Below, piece after piece: positions 1-9,566 of a DNA stretch of 64,000 nucleotides. The number at the start of each line of letters is the position of its first letter. The first letter of the stretch is position 1. Position numbers and translations under genes: made by a program. Location: the IMG/VR virus record IMGVR_UViG_3300044797_000318, positions 1 through 64,000 of that record; one strand, given 5' to 3'. The notes under the pieces were generated by a model. That model worked only from the letters and a program-made list of their open reading frames with translations, had not been told where the DNA came from and did not search any database. This DNA is from a virus.

Positions 1-739
1 TGGTGTAATATGGATATACTGTCTTGGTAATAGGGATATATCCCCACAAATTCATTTGCGTAATCAAATAGTTAGCACGGTCGGGATCATAACCGAAAGC
101 CTTATCAATTTTTTCATTCATAACTTTTTCGGTAGAAATTTTAGCCGTTTGTGGATTTTTTTTCACAAACTCCACTATCGACTTATCCACATTGAATCCA
201 AGCTTACAAGCCAAATATATAATTCTAATAACTCTATTTCTATTTGATGTCAATGTTATTTCGGGAGACAAACAAGTATTTATTATCTTATTATCAATAT
301 CCTTGAAACCACGACCAATTGGATCTAATATTTTTTTGAGATCTAATGTCATCAATAGTGCATTACAAGTTAGATCTCTTGAATACATTTCTCGTTGCAT
401 ATTAGTAGGATTAGCAATCCCTATTTGATTAAGAATGTGATCGATATTGTGTACCATAAAATTAGAAGAAAAATCCATTTTAAGGCTACCCACAAAGATA
501 GTGCTATGCCCATCTTCCATAGTTTTTCTAGTTACATTATAGTTTTGACGGAGTTTGATGGCAAACTCTTGCGAGAGATAATCTACTGATTTATCACCGG
601 TGGTAATATCTAAATCAGCAATGTTTTCTAACTTACCCATACGCTTATCTCTGGGAACACCGCCACAAATCATTGGGGTAGAAGCACCAATTTCCGTAGC
701 TGTTTTTTGCAACACCCCTAATAATTCTCGAAGTTTCAT
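1..739 (-). CDS. tRNA nucleotidyltransferase / poly(A) polymerase family protein (class II NTase), 3' end runs off the window
   Basis: Not in the ORF track. Manual translation from ATG at 739 (SD AAGGA) is open to base 1: MKLRELLGVLQK...ICGGVPRDKRMG...ADLDITTG...YSRDLTCNALL...ILDPIGRGFKDI...RVIRIIY. Shows GGxxRD, DxD and RDxTxNA motifs. Confidence 0.85.
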   Translation of the reverse strand, partial: MKLRELLGVLQKTATEIGASTPMICGGVPRDKRMGKLENIADLDITTGDKSVDYLSQEFAIKLRQNYNVTRKTMEDGHSTIFVGSLKMDFSSNFMVHNIDHILNQIGIANPTNMQREMYSRDLTCNALLMTLDLKKILDPIGRGFKDIDNKIINTCLSPEITLTSNRNRVIRIIYLACKLGFNVDKSIVEFVKKNPQTAKISTEKVMNEKIDKAFGYDPDRANYLITQMNLWGYIPITKTVYPYYT

Positions 740-750
740 TTATCCTTTGT

Positions 751-2721
751 TTAGCCCAAAGGTCTGGCAACTGGTGGCCCTTTAACGGGAGCACCAGCTG
801 GTGGAGGTGGAGCCAATTCGCCCATTTCCACTTGGGGAGTTTCTTTCTTACCACCTTCCATTTCCACGTTTTCTTGATCTTTTCTCATCTGCTTGCGTGC
901 TTTTTCTTTGGCACTATCTTGCTCTAACTTACCTTTAATACCAGAGATTTCGGGAGAGTCGGATTTTGGACCGCCCTCTAAATCAATATCTTTGGTATTC
1001 ATAGAAGCACGTAGTTTAGAAAGTATTTCGTCCAAACGAGTAGACACATATTGATTAGAAGCTAAGGCGTTGCTAAGCGCTTCTGATAATTGTGGAAAGA
1101 AGGAGGACATACCTTTACCATTTAACATCATATCTACTCTAGATATTCTTCGTGGTATTTCTCTCACCTTAAATATCTTGGCGAGGCCTTCCAATTCCGC
1201 CACGATATCGGCGATAGTCACGCTGGAAAACATTTCATCCATCTTAGCATCAAATTCAGAAGTATCAGGTGGCGGAGTTTCCGCTCCTGATGGAGGAATA
1301 TCTTTTTCAGATACTTCCAACGGTTCATCATCGGGAGCACCGGAAGGAGCATCACCAGGTGCTTTTGGAGGAGGAAGATTGGCCATATTGCCTCGAGAAG
1401 GTGGTGGATTATCTGTAATTGGAACATCTTCTAAAACAGCAGGAGGAATGCCAGGAGGAGCCGCAGGAGGTATTGCTTGAGCTTCTGAGACCATCAGCTC
1501 TTCTTCTGGATCACTAACCTCCAAATGATCGAAGACTTCTAAATCATCGGCCTTGGACTCTTCCGTCTTATTACCTTCATTCATGTTTTCAATAAACTCG
1601 GAAATGCCCTTAGGTTGTGGCGCTTCTTGTGGCACCAAAGCAGGAGAAGATTCGGCGGTGCCAGTGGGCACATTGCCGCCACTCATAATAGCTGCTGCGG
1701 GCGGCTGATCTTTATTTTGATCTTGGCCTACTGGTGTATTGACATCAGGGACACCTGGAACAGTAGCGGGAGCACCACCTGGAGCACCTGGATTACCAGC
1801 GCCAGAGGGATCGGCTGGTGGTGCAGGAGGGGGCATAGCACCAGTATTAGTGGTGCCCGTAGCGTCTTGACCAGCTTGCCCTGGTGTTTGCGCTACTGAA
1901 TAAAGCATATTAGCAGCTTTGGTAAAACCCTTACGGCTAAGAACGTTAGCCTCACGCACAATCATATCCTCATAAAGGCGGGTAGAGACGCTCAATTTAT
2001 TGACGAGCTGAACTTTTTTCTTGAGACTATAAATGGCCTCCATTAGGTTTTCTAATTCAACTCCGGCAAATTGCTGCCCCTCAGGAGAACGCAAAAGTTT
2101 TTCCGCTGAGTCCAAACGTCCAATAATCTTTTGACGTTGTTTCTCAATCGTACTTCTCTTCTCTTCATGGCGTTCTGCCTCTTCACGCGCATCATTGACG
2201 GCATTGCCATCCACGGCGGGTTCGGGAGCTGGTTGTGCATCTGGTTTGATATGAAGGAAATAGCCCGGCTGTCCATTTTCATACCAGACTTGTGCAAATT
2301 TGTATTTCATATGAGAACCCTCTTCGTGGAACCTAAGCCAATTCAAGAAGTCATAGATTTCCATTTTCTTCCAACCTTGGGTGGCCTGGCGAACGGCATC
2401 CTTGAACTCAAATCCAGCTTTCTTTTTATAGTGGATATCCTTAACTGTTACCAACCACTTCTTCATATCGTGCTGGCCAGGAATATTAATATACTGGTCA
2501 TAATTAGGATAGGCCCTCTTGCCCTCAATGAAGGAACGAAATTCTGGCTTGAACTTACTATAATCAATACCATAATGATCAAAAAACTCCATCAATTTTT
2601 TGATCTTTTCGTCGGTTGATAATTCGAGTATCTTTTGATCCGAATATGGAGATACCACCTTCTCCAACTGTTTGTTAGAAGGTAAATCAATATTAGAGGG
2701 TTTGTGCTTGGTAGTTGTCAT
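751..2721 (-). CDS. Large Pro/Ala/Gly-rich hypothetical protein with coiled-coil segments
   Basis: 656-aa ORF; ATG overlaps the upstream stop; no family recognised. Confidence 0.8.
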   Translation of the reverse strand: MTTTKHKPSNIDLPSNKQLEKVVSPYSDQKILELSTDEKIKKLMEFFDHYGIDYSKFKPEFRSFIEGKRAYPNYDQYINIPGQHDMKKWLVTVKDIHYKKKAGFEFKDAVRQATQGWKKMEIYDFLNWLRFHEEGSHMKYKFAQVWYENGQPGYFLHIKPDAQPAPEPAVDGNAVNDAREEAERHEEKRSTIEKQRQKIIGRLDSAEKLLRSPEGQQFAGVELENLMEAIYSLKKKVQLVNKLSVSTRLYEDMIVREANVLSRKGFTKAANMLYSVAQTPGQAGQDATGTTNTGAMPPPAPPADPSGAGNPGAPGGAPATVPGVPDVNTPVGQDQNKDQPPAAAIMSGGNVPTGTAESSPALVPQEAPQPKGISEFIENMNEGNKTEESKADDLEVFDHLEVSDPEEELMVSEAQAIPPAAPPGIPPAVLEDVPITDNPPPSRGNMANLPPPKAPGDAPSGAPDDEPLEVSEKDIPPSGAETPPPDTSEFDAKMDEMFSSVTIADIVAELEGLAKIFKVREIPRRISRVDMMLNGKGMSSFFPQLSEALSNALASNQYVSTRLDEILSKLRASMNTKDIDLEGGPKSDSPEISGIKGKLEQDSAKEKARKQMRKDQENVEMEGGKKETPQVEMGELAPPPPAGAPVKGPPVARPLG

Positions 2722-3479
2722 TATTCGTTATTTAGCTTCTTATTAATAGTTTCATTGAGAAGTTTAGCTTCGGCCAATTTCATATCAGTATTAGGCAACT
2801 GATCTACAACAGGCTGTTTAAGCTTTGCCATTTTTTCGTTGAAAAGCTCCATAAATAACATAGAGCTTTCCAAGTCTAATTGGGACAAAACTTCTCGGAT
2901 TACATCATGAAATACCGAAATATGCTGATCCACTACTTGTAAAGTGACGTTGTGCTGTATCGTTAAGTCAGCTGGGCTCTCTGTAAATTTATAATATTTT
3001 TCCAATAGGCCACCGAACAACTCACCATATTCGATCAATACACGATCAATTTTAGTATTTATGTTGCGAGGGTCTTCTTGAATTTCGTCGAAAACTTGCC
3101 CTAAACGCGTTTCAATGGCGACACATAGATTTCTTACCATCTCGCGAATATCTATTTCTTTACCAGCCAATTCTAACATCTTACCCTTGTAAGTGGAATT
3201 GCCCTTAACTGCTAACTCTAATTGGTCTTCCGTACTGGTAGCTACAGCTTGCTTCGTTTTTCTAATATCATCCTGAATCATTTGATAAACATCTAAATAA
3301 TTATCTTGGAATGATTTGATAGACTTTTCGCCTATGACAAATTTGGCCTCGCTAACATTAGTATACTTGGCAGCCAGCCAATCGTGAATGTCTTTGGCAG
3401 CGTAACCAAGCACTAACTTTGCAATAAGCTCATCTTTATCGGGGTGATCAAGAATTTTTTTGAGTGCGTTTTTGTTCAT
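2721..3479 (-). CDS. Hypothetical helical protein
   Basis: 252-aa ORF coupled to the downstream gene (TAATG overlap). Confidence 0.8.
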   Translation of the reverse strand: MNKNALKKILDHPDKDELIAKLVLGYAAKDIHDWLAAKYTNVSEAKFVIGEKSIKSFQDNYLDVYQMIQDDIRKTKQAVATSTEDQLELAVKGNSTYKGKMLELAGKEIDIREMVRNLCVAIETRLGQVFDEIQEDPRNINTKIDRVLIEYGELFGGLLEKYYKFTESPADLTIQHNVTLQVVDQHISVFHDVIREVLSQLDLESSMLFMELFNEKMAKLKQPVVDQLPNTDMKLAEAKLLNETINKKLNNE

Positions 3480-3482
3480 CTT

Positions 3483-3594
3483 TATCCATTTGTTTAGCGA
3501 TCTTTTTCAATCACTTTCCACAAATAGATATGATATTATAGCCAGCTTGTTTGGTAATCTGCTCACGGACCAGAGTAGCTTGATAAAGATGCCC
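3483..3594 (-). pseudogene. Relic of a Vsr-like homing endonuclease C-terminus
   Basis: Intergenic DNA translates GHLYQATLVREQITKQAGYNIISI, then shifts frame; similar to GDLYKETIDREEMIRKHGYQIISIWE in 59996..60937. Confidence 0.65.
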
Positions 3595-3599
3595 GGGTA

Positions 3600-4313
3600 T
3601 TATTTATTGTAGCCGAGGCGCCCTTCTCTAGTGTCAAAAATTGCATGAAAGGGAATTTCCAAACCCATAGTTTGCTGCTCAACCGATCCACCAGGAACTT
3701 TATTACCATTATCTAGCGTATAGCCAGTTTCATAATTATATGTTTTCTTATCTAATTCACATTGAAACATATGTTCTCCAACTCTTGCCATTTGGGCGCC
3801 TGGATGATCGGGACATGTTCTCGTGCTAAGTGGAGCTTCTAGAATTTTATATTGCTTAGTGAAGCCGCTTTGTTCAATAGCTCTCTCTGCATCACCAATC
3901 TTGTGGTAATCTCGCAAAGTCTCACGGGGCTGCTCATACTTCTTTTTAAGTTCCACTACTCTTTGGTCTTGCAGATCTTTTCTTTCTGCATAGGCGTTGG
4001 GTGGAGCCGCAATAGTAAGTAATAATTCGTCTAGAACAGAAGCCATCTTTTTGAGTTGCGGATCATCAGAAGAATCAAAAGCGAAAGCCAAAGCAGCCGT
4101 CTCTTCAATGGATTCAGGGGTGAGCAAAGACTCAGCAGGAGGCTCGATAGCATCTACTTCATCGGCTGCTTTTTTCAAAAGAGCCGCTGCCAAGACACAA
4201 GATTCTGCCACTACTTGCATGCATTTTTCATCAGCTTCGGCAAGCAACATGGCTTCGTTATTTGGACTTTCTAGCCAAGCGGCCATAGCATTTAATAATT
4301 CAGCAGTTCTCAT
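3600..4313 (-). CDS. Hypothetical protein with C-terminal CxxH...C putative Zn site
   Basis: 237-aa ORF; TCPDHPG...FQCELD. Confidence 0.75.
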   Translation of the reverse strand: MRTAELLNAMAAWLESPNNEAMLLAEADEKCMQVVAESCVLAAALLKKAADEVDAIEPPAESLLTPESIEETAALAFAFDSSDDPQLKKMASVLDELLLTIAAPPNAYAERKDLQDQRVVELKKKYEQPRETLRDYHKIGDAERAIEQSGFTKQYKILEAPLSTRTCPDHPGAQMARVGEHMFQCELDKKTYNYETGYTLDNGNKVPGGSVEQQTMGLEIPFHAIFDTREGRLGYNK

Positions 4314-5188
4314 TTATGGTACCTTTCTAGGGTCAAGTCATTGTATTTATGAGCCATTTTGTGGTCCCAAGCTTCTCCCTCTTCTTCAAAAAGGTTTGGA
4401 TTAGCTGGTTGTTTTTCTGGGCTATTCTCTAATGCCGGAAGATTAGTCTTTTCTCGCTGATCAATCCAGTCTCTCATAGCTTTCGCTTCGACCGTAACAG
4501 CAGGACCATCCACAGGAACATGACCTCGAGAGATGGCATTAACCAAGGTAGTGATTTTACTTTTCATAACCGGATCAGACAAAAGCTGATACATAACATC
4601 CATATCATCTAGACGATATTGTTGGGCTGCCGGAGTTCTCATAAACATGAGGAGCTGCTCTTTGCTCAACTCTTTTCTTTGAGGTTCCAGTGGCCCGCCC
4701 TCTTGTCGTGTCTCGATACCACGCGGCAGTACCTGTTGAAGCAGTTTTAGTTGCTTGTCTAATAAAGAGGTAATGCGATGGAGAATCATCTCAAACTTAG
4801 ATTTAAGATGCTCGCGATAATTCCTCTCAGACTCCTTAGTAGCCCTTACAGAATTATGAATAAATTTTCTGACATCCTCTACTAGCTTAGCGTCATGAAC
4901 CATGCCTAACAAATTATTAACGCGAGTATATAATTGAGTATTGCTGTGATCGTCGATATTGGTAACGATATCACTAAAAATAATAATAAGTCTCTTAGAG
5001 AATGGCTCGCCCGCATTAGCTAGCATTTGAAGGACTGGCTCTTTGGCTGTTTCGGAATTGACATATAGTTTGTATGTCAAAAGCAGATCCTTCTTGACCT
5101 GACTAAGAATTTGGGCATTGGAGGCGGCATTAGCCACTAGCCCATATTTTAGCTCAAGAAGTTTTCCCAGTCTCTCTAATCCACTCAT
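4310..5188 (-). CDS. Hypothetical protein
   Basis: 292-aa ORF with ATGA overlap. Confidence 0.75.
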   Translation of the reverse strand: MSGLERLGKLLELKYGLVANAASNAQILSQVKKDLLLTYKLYVNSETAKEPVLQMLANAGEPFSKRLIIIFSDIVTNIDDHSNTQLYTRVNNLLGMVHDAKLVEDVRKFIHNSVRATKESERNYREHLKSKFEMILHRITSLLDKQLKLLQQVLPRGIETRQEGGPLEPQRKELSKEQLLMFMRTPAAQQYRLDDMDVMYQLLSDPVMKSKITTLVNAISRGHVPVDGPAVTVEAKAMRDWIDQREKTNLPALENSPEKQPANPNLFEEEGEAWDHKMAHKYNDLTLERYHK

Positions 5189-5191
5189 AGA

Positions 5192-6802
5192 TTACCCAAA
5201 AATCTTGGCGTTAATAAAGGTAGCCCCTTCGTAAGTATCGTCCATACCCTTACGGAACAATGGGCGGCAGTTTCCGTCTTTGTCTTGATACACTTTATTG
5301 ATTGGTAAGCCAGTATGCGTACAAACTGGGTATTCGCTGACAGCGCTCTTAATCATGTTGGAGCACTTGGTAGTAGCAACTTTCTTGCCAGACATACCGT
5401 CCATATAAATTTGGAAGGCGGTATCATAAGCTCTTTGGTCCCCACAATTAGCAAGAACATTGAGAGCATCTTCTGCCTTGGCGTGATTTCCCTCAGAGAT
5501 GGCGGCTTGTAGATTAGTAATCACTTCGCTTGGTTTGAGGGTAGACATAGTGGAAGCAACTGCGGCTACCTTAACATCATATTTGTTTTCACTAACTAAT
5601 TGATTGATGCCGGCCCTATCGAAAGTGGCTAGTGAACCATTGCAAAGTAGGACGGAAGGCTTGGATAATTTCTTGTCAGCTGATACCTTGACTGGAACGG
5701 TAAAAGCTACCTTGCCAGTATCTAAGGAAACGCCGTAAAAAATAGTGTGTTCATCATTACCGGTAACCACTACTTGTGGTAGAGAAAATCCGAAAGATTG
5801 TAGTTCACGAGTGATATGGTTTCTACCAGCAGTAACCACTTCTGGACCAAATTTGAAAGAGGCAAGTCCCTTAGGGCTGGTAAATTCCTTTTCGAAAGAA
5901 ATGAATTCGTCAGACTTGGGAAGTTGAACGTCTGGCTTAGCAGCAGCCTCCACTTTGAGACCGAGCCAACAATCTGCTTGACCGGCAAAATCAGACTTCC
6001 CTTGACGAGTGGCATTGAGTCGAGTCAAAGCTAATTCAGCTGCGCTAACTTCACGCTTACTGCTAGTAGCAGCGGTAAGAGCGGTAAGAATATCAGTGGC
6101 CCCTACTTTGGTTTTGGTACCGGCTTGCTGAGTTAGATAGGCCTTGATAGCAGCGTGATTGAGATCTTCAGGGCCGGTATTGCCCATAAAAACTTCGGGG
6201 TCAACTACATCGGTCTTGACCACTTCTACAGGAACATAGAAACTAGTTACGCCCTTAGGAGTATCGTAGTCGGCTTTGATAACGATGAACTTATCATTGC
6301 CGTCACTAACGGAAAGTTGGATAGGGCGAAGATTCCAGGCCTCCAAAGTAGAGCCCACCGATTTCAAAGCCTTGTTAGCCATAGGTTGGGAGTACATCTT
6401 GAGGGGAGCGTGCTTGTCGAAAACACTTTCCAAAGCATTAGCTAATACTTGATCGCCTACTTCGTAGGGATTGTTTTGTAGAGCTACGTCATGCTGGTAA
6501 GTGGTCACCGATGGCTCAGCCACAGTCTCACCCAACTCATCCTGAAATAATTCGGCAAATTTGGTGCCGGAAGAATGAAGTTTGTGATAAAGAGTTTTGA
6601 AATCAGCTCTGCGAATGAAGGTGGTATTATGGCCAGCCATATCAGAAATGACTCTGGCCATATTGCCGAGAGTTTTATCCTGTGGATAGGCTACAACACA
6701 CTTGGCCAATTTAGCTGCCAAAAGTGGTGTGGCAAGCCTTTCATTATCCCCTACCGTCTTTGCTAGAGAACCTACCAGTTGTTGTATTTTTTCGAAGCTC
6801 AT
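5192..6802 (-). CDS. Hypothetical protein, possibly virion-associated
   Basis: 536-aa ORF, SD AGGTG; two similar ...FYVPVEV / ...FTVPVKV segments; Cys/His cluster near the C-terminus. Confidence 0.8.
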   Translation of the reverse strand: MSFEKIQQLVGSLAKTVGDNERLATPLLAAKLAKCVVAYPQDKTLGNMARVISDMAGHNTTFIRRADFKTLYHKLHSSGTKFAELFQDELGETVAEPSVTTYQHDVALQNNPYEVGDQVLANALESVFDKHAPLKMYSQPMANKALKSVGSTLEAWNLRPIQLSVSDGNDKFIVIKADYDTPKGVTSFYVPVEVVKTDVVDPEVFMGNTGPEDLNHAAIKAYLTQQAGTKTKVGATDILTALTAATSSKREVSAAELALTRLNATRQGKSDFAGQADCWLGLKVEAAAKPDVQLPKSDEFISFEKEFTSPKGLASFKFGPEVVTAGRNHITRELQSFGFSLPQVVVTGNDEHTIFYGVSLDTGKVAFTVPVKVSADKKLSKPSVLLCNGSLATFDRAGINQLVSENKYDVKVAAVASTMSTLKPSEVITNLQAAISEGNHAKAEDALNVLANCGDQRAYDTAFQIYMDGMSGKKVATTKCSNMIKSAVSEYPVCTHTGLPINKVYQDKDGNCRPLFRKGMDDTYEGATFINAKIFG

Positions 6803-6818
6803 GTAAACACCTATTCCG

Positions 6819-7295
6819 TTAAACCAATTCTGGGTATCGTTTAGATACTTCTTGTCTAGCCGCTTCGTTCAATTCACTGAGAAGAGCCCTGACTAACTTC
6901 TTATTAGAGGCTAATTTTTCAGGTAGATATTTTTCGGCTTTATATAACTCTGAACGTGGAATGCCTAGCTTGGCAGCAGAAATTCTGACAAGAGGATCTC
7001 CTTTGTAAGAGACTTGCAAGTCACTACCATTCTTGGTAACCAACACATCCCAAGTGGCAGCCGTCTTGTCTAGCTCCTCATCTTCATAGAGAGCTACGAT
7101 ATAATCGCCATCTTCGGCATTTTGTACTTGCCAAAGCTCGGCTCCTTTATCGCCATCTTTAAAGCGTACCACGTCGAAAGCAACCGTTTCTAACTGATCT
7201 TTGACATCAGATAGACGATATGCCTTCTTGGTAATCTGGTTGGCTAAAGCTGAGTAATCTATCGAGATATTTTTCATAAAGCTCCCTAGGATCAT
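6819..7295 (-). CDS. Hypothetical protein
   Basis: 158-aa ORF; the start may be the second Met (MKNISID, preceded by GGGAG). Confidence 0.75.
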   Translation of the reverse strand: MILGSFMKNISIDYSALANQITKKAYRLSDVKDQLETVAFDVVRFKDGDKGAELWQVQNAEDGDYIVALYEDEELDKTAATWDVLVTKNGSDLQVSYKGDPLVRISAAKLGIPRSELYKAEKYLPEKLASNKKLVRALLSELNEAARQEVSKRYPELV

Positions 7296-7323
7296 ATTAC
7301 ACCTATTGTATGATATTAGAATA

Positions 7324-7878
7324 TTAGCTTAATTTATTTGATTTTCGTATATTCTCGATAGCCTCTAATGGCTGCAAATTATCTAAAACCCAACATTTCT
7401 GAAAATTTTCATCTGCCATAGAAGTGTAAACAAAATTTGATTGTGGGATAATGTGATCAATATGCCAGTACGTACCGTAGTTGCTCCAACTCATATTTTG
7501 ATCAAACTTGGATTCTAGATGAACTTTTAGCTCTTTCATAGTATAAGGTAAATATGATAGTATCGATTGATTATTTTTATTACCTTTTAGAGATTGCCAT
7601 ATCATAGTGGAACAATTTCTACGCAATTTATATGCCGGGTCAATAGCTCGACGAGCAAGATCACGCTTCTGATTCTTTTTGATAATTTGATCTTTGTTTT
7701 CTGCATAGTATTTTTGTCTGGCTAGAGCGGCCTCTTCTTTATGAGCTTCATTATATTCTTTCTGATATGCGACTATACTTTCTTTATGCGCTTTATTATA
7801 TTCATTTTGTTTTTTAAGTAAACGAGTTTTATTCGCCTCATACCATTTTTTCTTATACTCTGATCTCTTGTCTGTCAT
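7324..7878 (-). CDS. HNH homing endonuclease
   Basis: Lys/Tyr-rich helical repeats, then WHIDHIIP...CWVLDNLQPLEAIENIRKSN. Confidence 0.85.
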   Translation of the reverse strand: MTDKRSEYKKKWYEANKTRLLKKQNEYNKAHKESIVAYQKEYNEAHKEEAALARQKYYAENKDQIIKKNQKRDLARRAIDPAYKLRRNCSTMIWQSLKGNKNNQSILSYLPYTMKELKVHLESKFDQNMSWSNYGTYWHIDHIIPQSNFVYTSMADENFQKCWVLDNLQPLEAIENIRKSNKLS

Positions 7879-7898
7879 TAGCGAATTACCACCTTTTC

Positions 7899-8117
7899 TT
7901 ACCAGAAGGCTTTATTTCTGAGTTTGGCAACCAAAACTCGTAGCTTTTCTTCATCCATCAAAATGTCATACAGGTCAATAGAAGAAATTTTAGCCGGCTT
8001 CCAAGAGACTACGCCACTACTATCTGTTGGTATTTCTAATACCTTCAACATTTCATGTGATTTACGAATTTTGTCGTAGTATTCTTTATCTGTACTCATT
8101 GACAAGTTCCTTACCAT
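7899..8117 (-). CDS. Small hypothetical protein ending RNKAFW
   Basis: 72-aa ORF within an operon. Confidence 0.65.
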   Translation of the reverse strand: MVRNLSMSTDKEYYDKIRKSHEMLKVLEIPTDSSGVVSWKPAKISSIDLYDILMDEEKLRVLVAKLRNKAFW

Positions 8118-8554
8118 TTATTACTTCTAATTTCTTCCATTTTTACGAGAATTTCTTTGATTGCATCGTCATGTTCAAGTATCTTTCTAATCTTTTTTTT
8201 CGCCCCACCATAAACAACTTTGCCGTTTTTATAGTCCACATTCCCATTTAGGCTTTTTGTAATGCTCGACTGATTGACATTCAGCATCTTAGCTATTTCC
8301 ATTTGGGTATAGCCGTCCGCATAAAGTCGAATGACTTCTCTCTGACGGGAGGTGAGAAGAGTATCCACTACTCTCCAAAATTCTTTTTTGAGTTGGTCTT
8401 CTAGCTCAATCAGATCTTCGTTGTATTCGAACGGATTTAATCTGGCCGAGATACTATCTTCATTACAAAAAGCTTCCATCATCTCATTAGAGCAAACTGT
8501 CTCGAGAAGTACCCATTGGTATTTATCGCTGCGATTAGATCTTTTATTTATCAT
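8111..8554 (-). CDS. Sigma-70 region 4-like HTH protein
   Basis: LTSRQREVIRLYADGYTQMEIAKMLNVNQSSITKSL matches a sigma4/LuxR-type HTH. Confidence 0.75.
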   Translation of the reverse strand: MINKRSNRSDKYQWVLLETVCSNEMMEAFCNEDSISARLNPFEYNEDLIELEDQLKKEFWRVVDTLLTSRQREVIRLYADGYTQMEIAKMLNVNQSSITKSLNGNVDYKNGKVVYGGAKKKIRKILEHDDAIKEILVKMEEIRSNKW

Positions 8555-8564
8555 AACGACTCCA

Positions 8565-9413
8565 TTATAATTTAATACTGTGTCTCAATAAGATATCTCT
8601 TATTGTCGTTTTACCACAACTAAACTTTCTTGCCAGTTCAGCCCTACTAACAGTATTAGTCAAATATAACTCACATATTTTTTCTTCTTGTTCTAACGAA
8701 AAAATATTACGACCATTAGAATGACCAGTATAATTTGATTTTCTAGTTTCTATTTCGTATCTTCGCAAGATATCAGCAATAGTAGTTCTTAAACAATCAA
8801 ATTGCTTACCAAGAGCATAAGTAGATTTATTTTCCTCAACATATAATCTACATATATGAGCTTCTATTTCATCAGAAAATCGCCTATTAGATTTTCTTTC
8901 CTTTCCAGCTTGCGATTTAGAAAGTTTTATCCTCCATTCGTCATCAAGAGTTTTACCAGTATTAGTTCCCGCTTTCCCCATTGACGCTTTAGAAATATTT
9001 TCTTTCCACTCATCAGTTAGGGTGCCACCCTTGAGCCAACCATCGTGTGTCTTATAATGTTTTTGTAAAGCTTCAGATATTTTTGCAACAACTTCTGATG
9101 TTCGTGGTGATGTATTACCACCCCTATCTACATTATATCCCTTCTCCCTATTACGGCTATCGTATTGTTGTATTGCCTCCTCCTCGGCAAGATCAACATC
9201 TTCTTGAGTGCGACAAGTAGCTATAACCTCAAATTGAAAAACATTAGCTCCATATTTAGTCATGGCTCGCGTGATAACTTGATTTCCTCTATCATATTTA
9301 GCGTTCGACTTATGTTGCGACCATCGCAAGTCAGGGTTGTTAGTTTGTCCAATATAAACTTTTTGATTTTCTGTGTTGGTGATTTTATACAAATAGTGCA
9401 TTGCTTCCTCCAT
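8565..9413 (-). CDS. GIY-YIG homing endonuclease with NUMOD3-like repeats and two C-terminal HTHs
   Basis: YLYKITN...KVYIGQT...RWSQH...GYN motifs. Confidence 0.85.
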   Translation of the reverse strand: MEEAMHYLYKITNTENQKVYIGQTNNPDLRWSQHKSNAKYDRGNQVITRAMTKYGANVFQFEVIATCRTQEDVDLAEEEAIQQYDSRNREKGYNVDRGGNTSPRTSEVVAKISEALQKHYKTHDGWLKGGTLTDEWKENISKASMGKAGTNTGKTLDDEWRIKLSKSQAGKERKSNRRFSDEIEAHICRLYVEENKSTYALGKQFDCLRTTIADILRRYEIETRKSNYTGHSNGRNIFSLEQEEKICELYLTNTVSRAELARKFSCGKTTIRDILLRHSIKL

Positions 9414-9566
9414 ACACTATATAACACAGTTATATGCTTTGATACTTGTCAGTACGATTATTTCTTCGACATAACAGTGATGCTCTTGATAAAATGGGTT
9501 TTTCCAACCCAGTTTCTGCCAAATTAAAACACCTATCTGGGATGATTGAAAAATTTATAAAGATTT

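Noticed and set aside
9414-9566. Possible riboswitch or group I intron around the GIY-YIG gene
   Set aside because: Only short hairpins are visible, there are no recognisable intron core elements, and the flanking genes are not interrupted.
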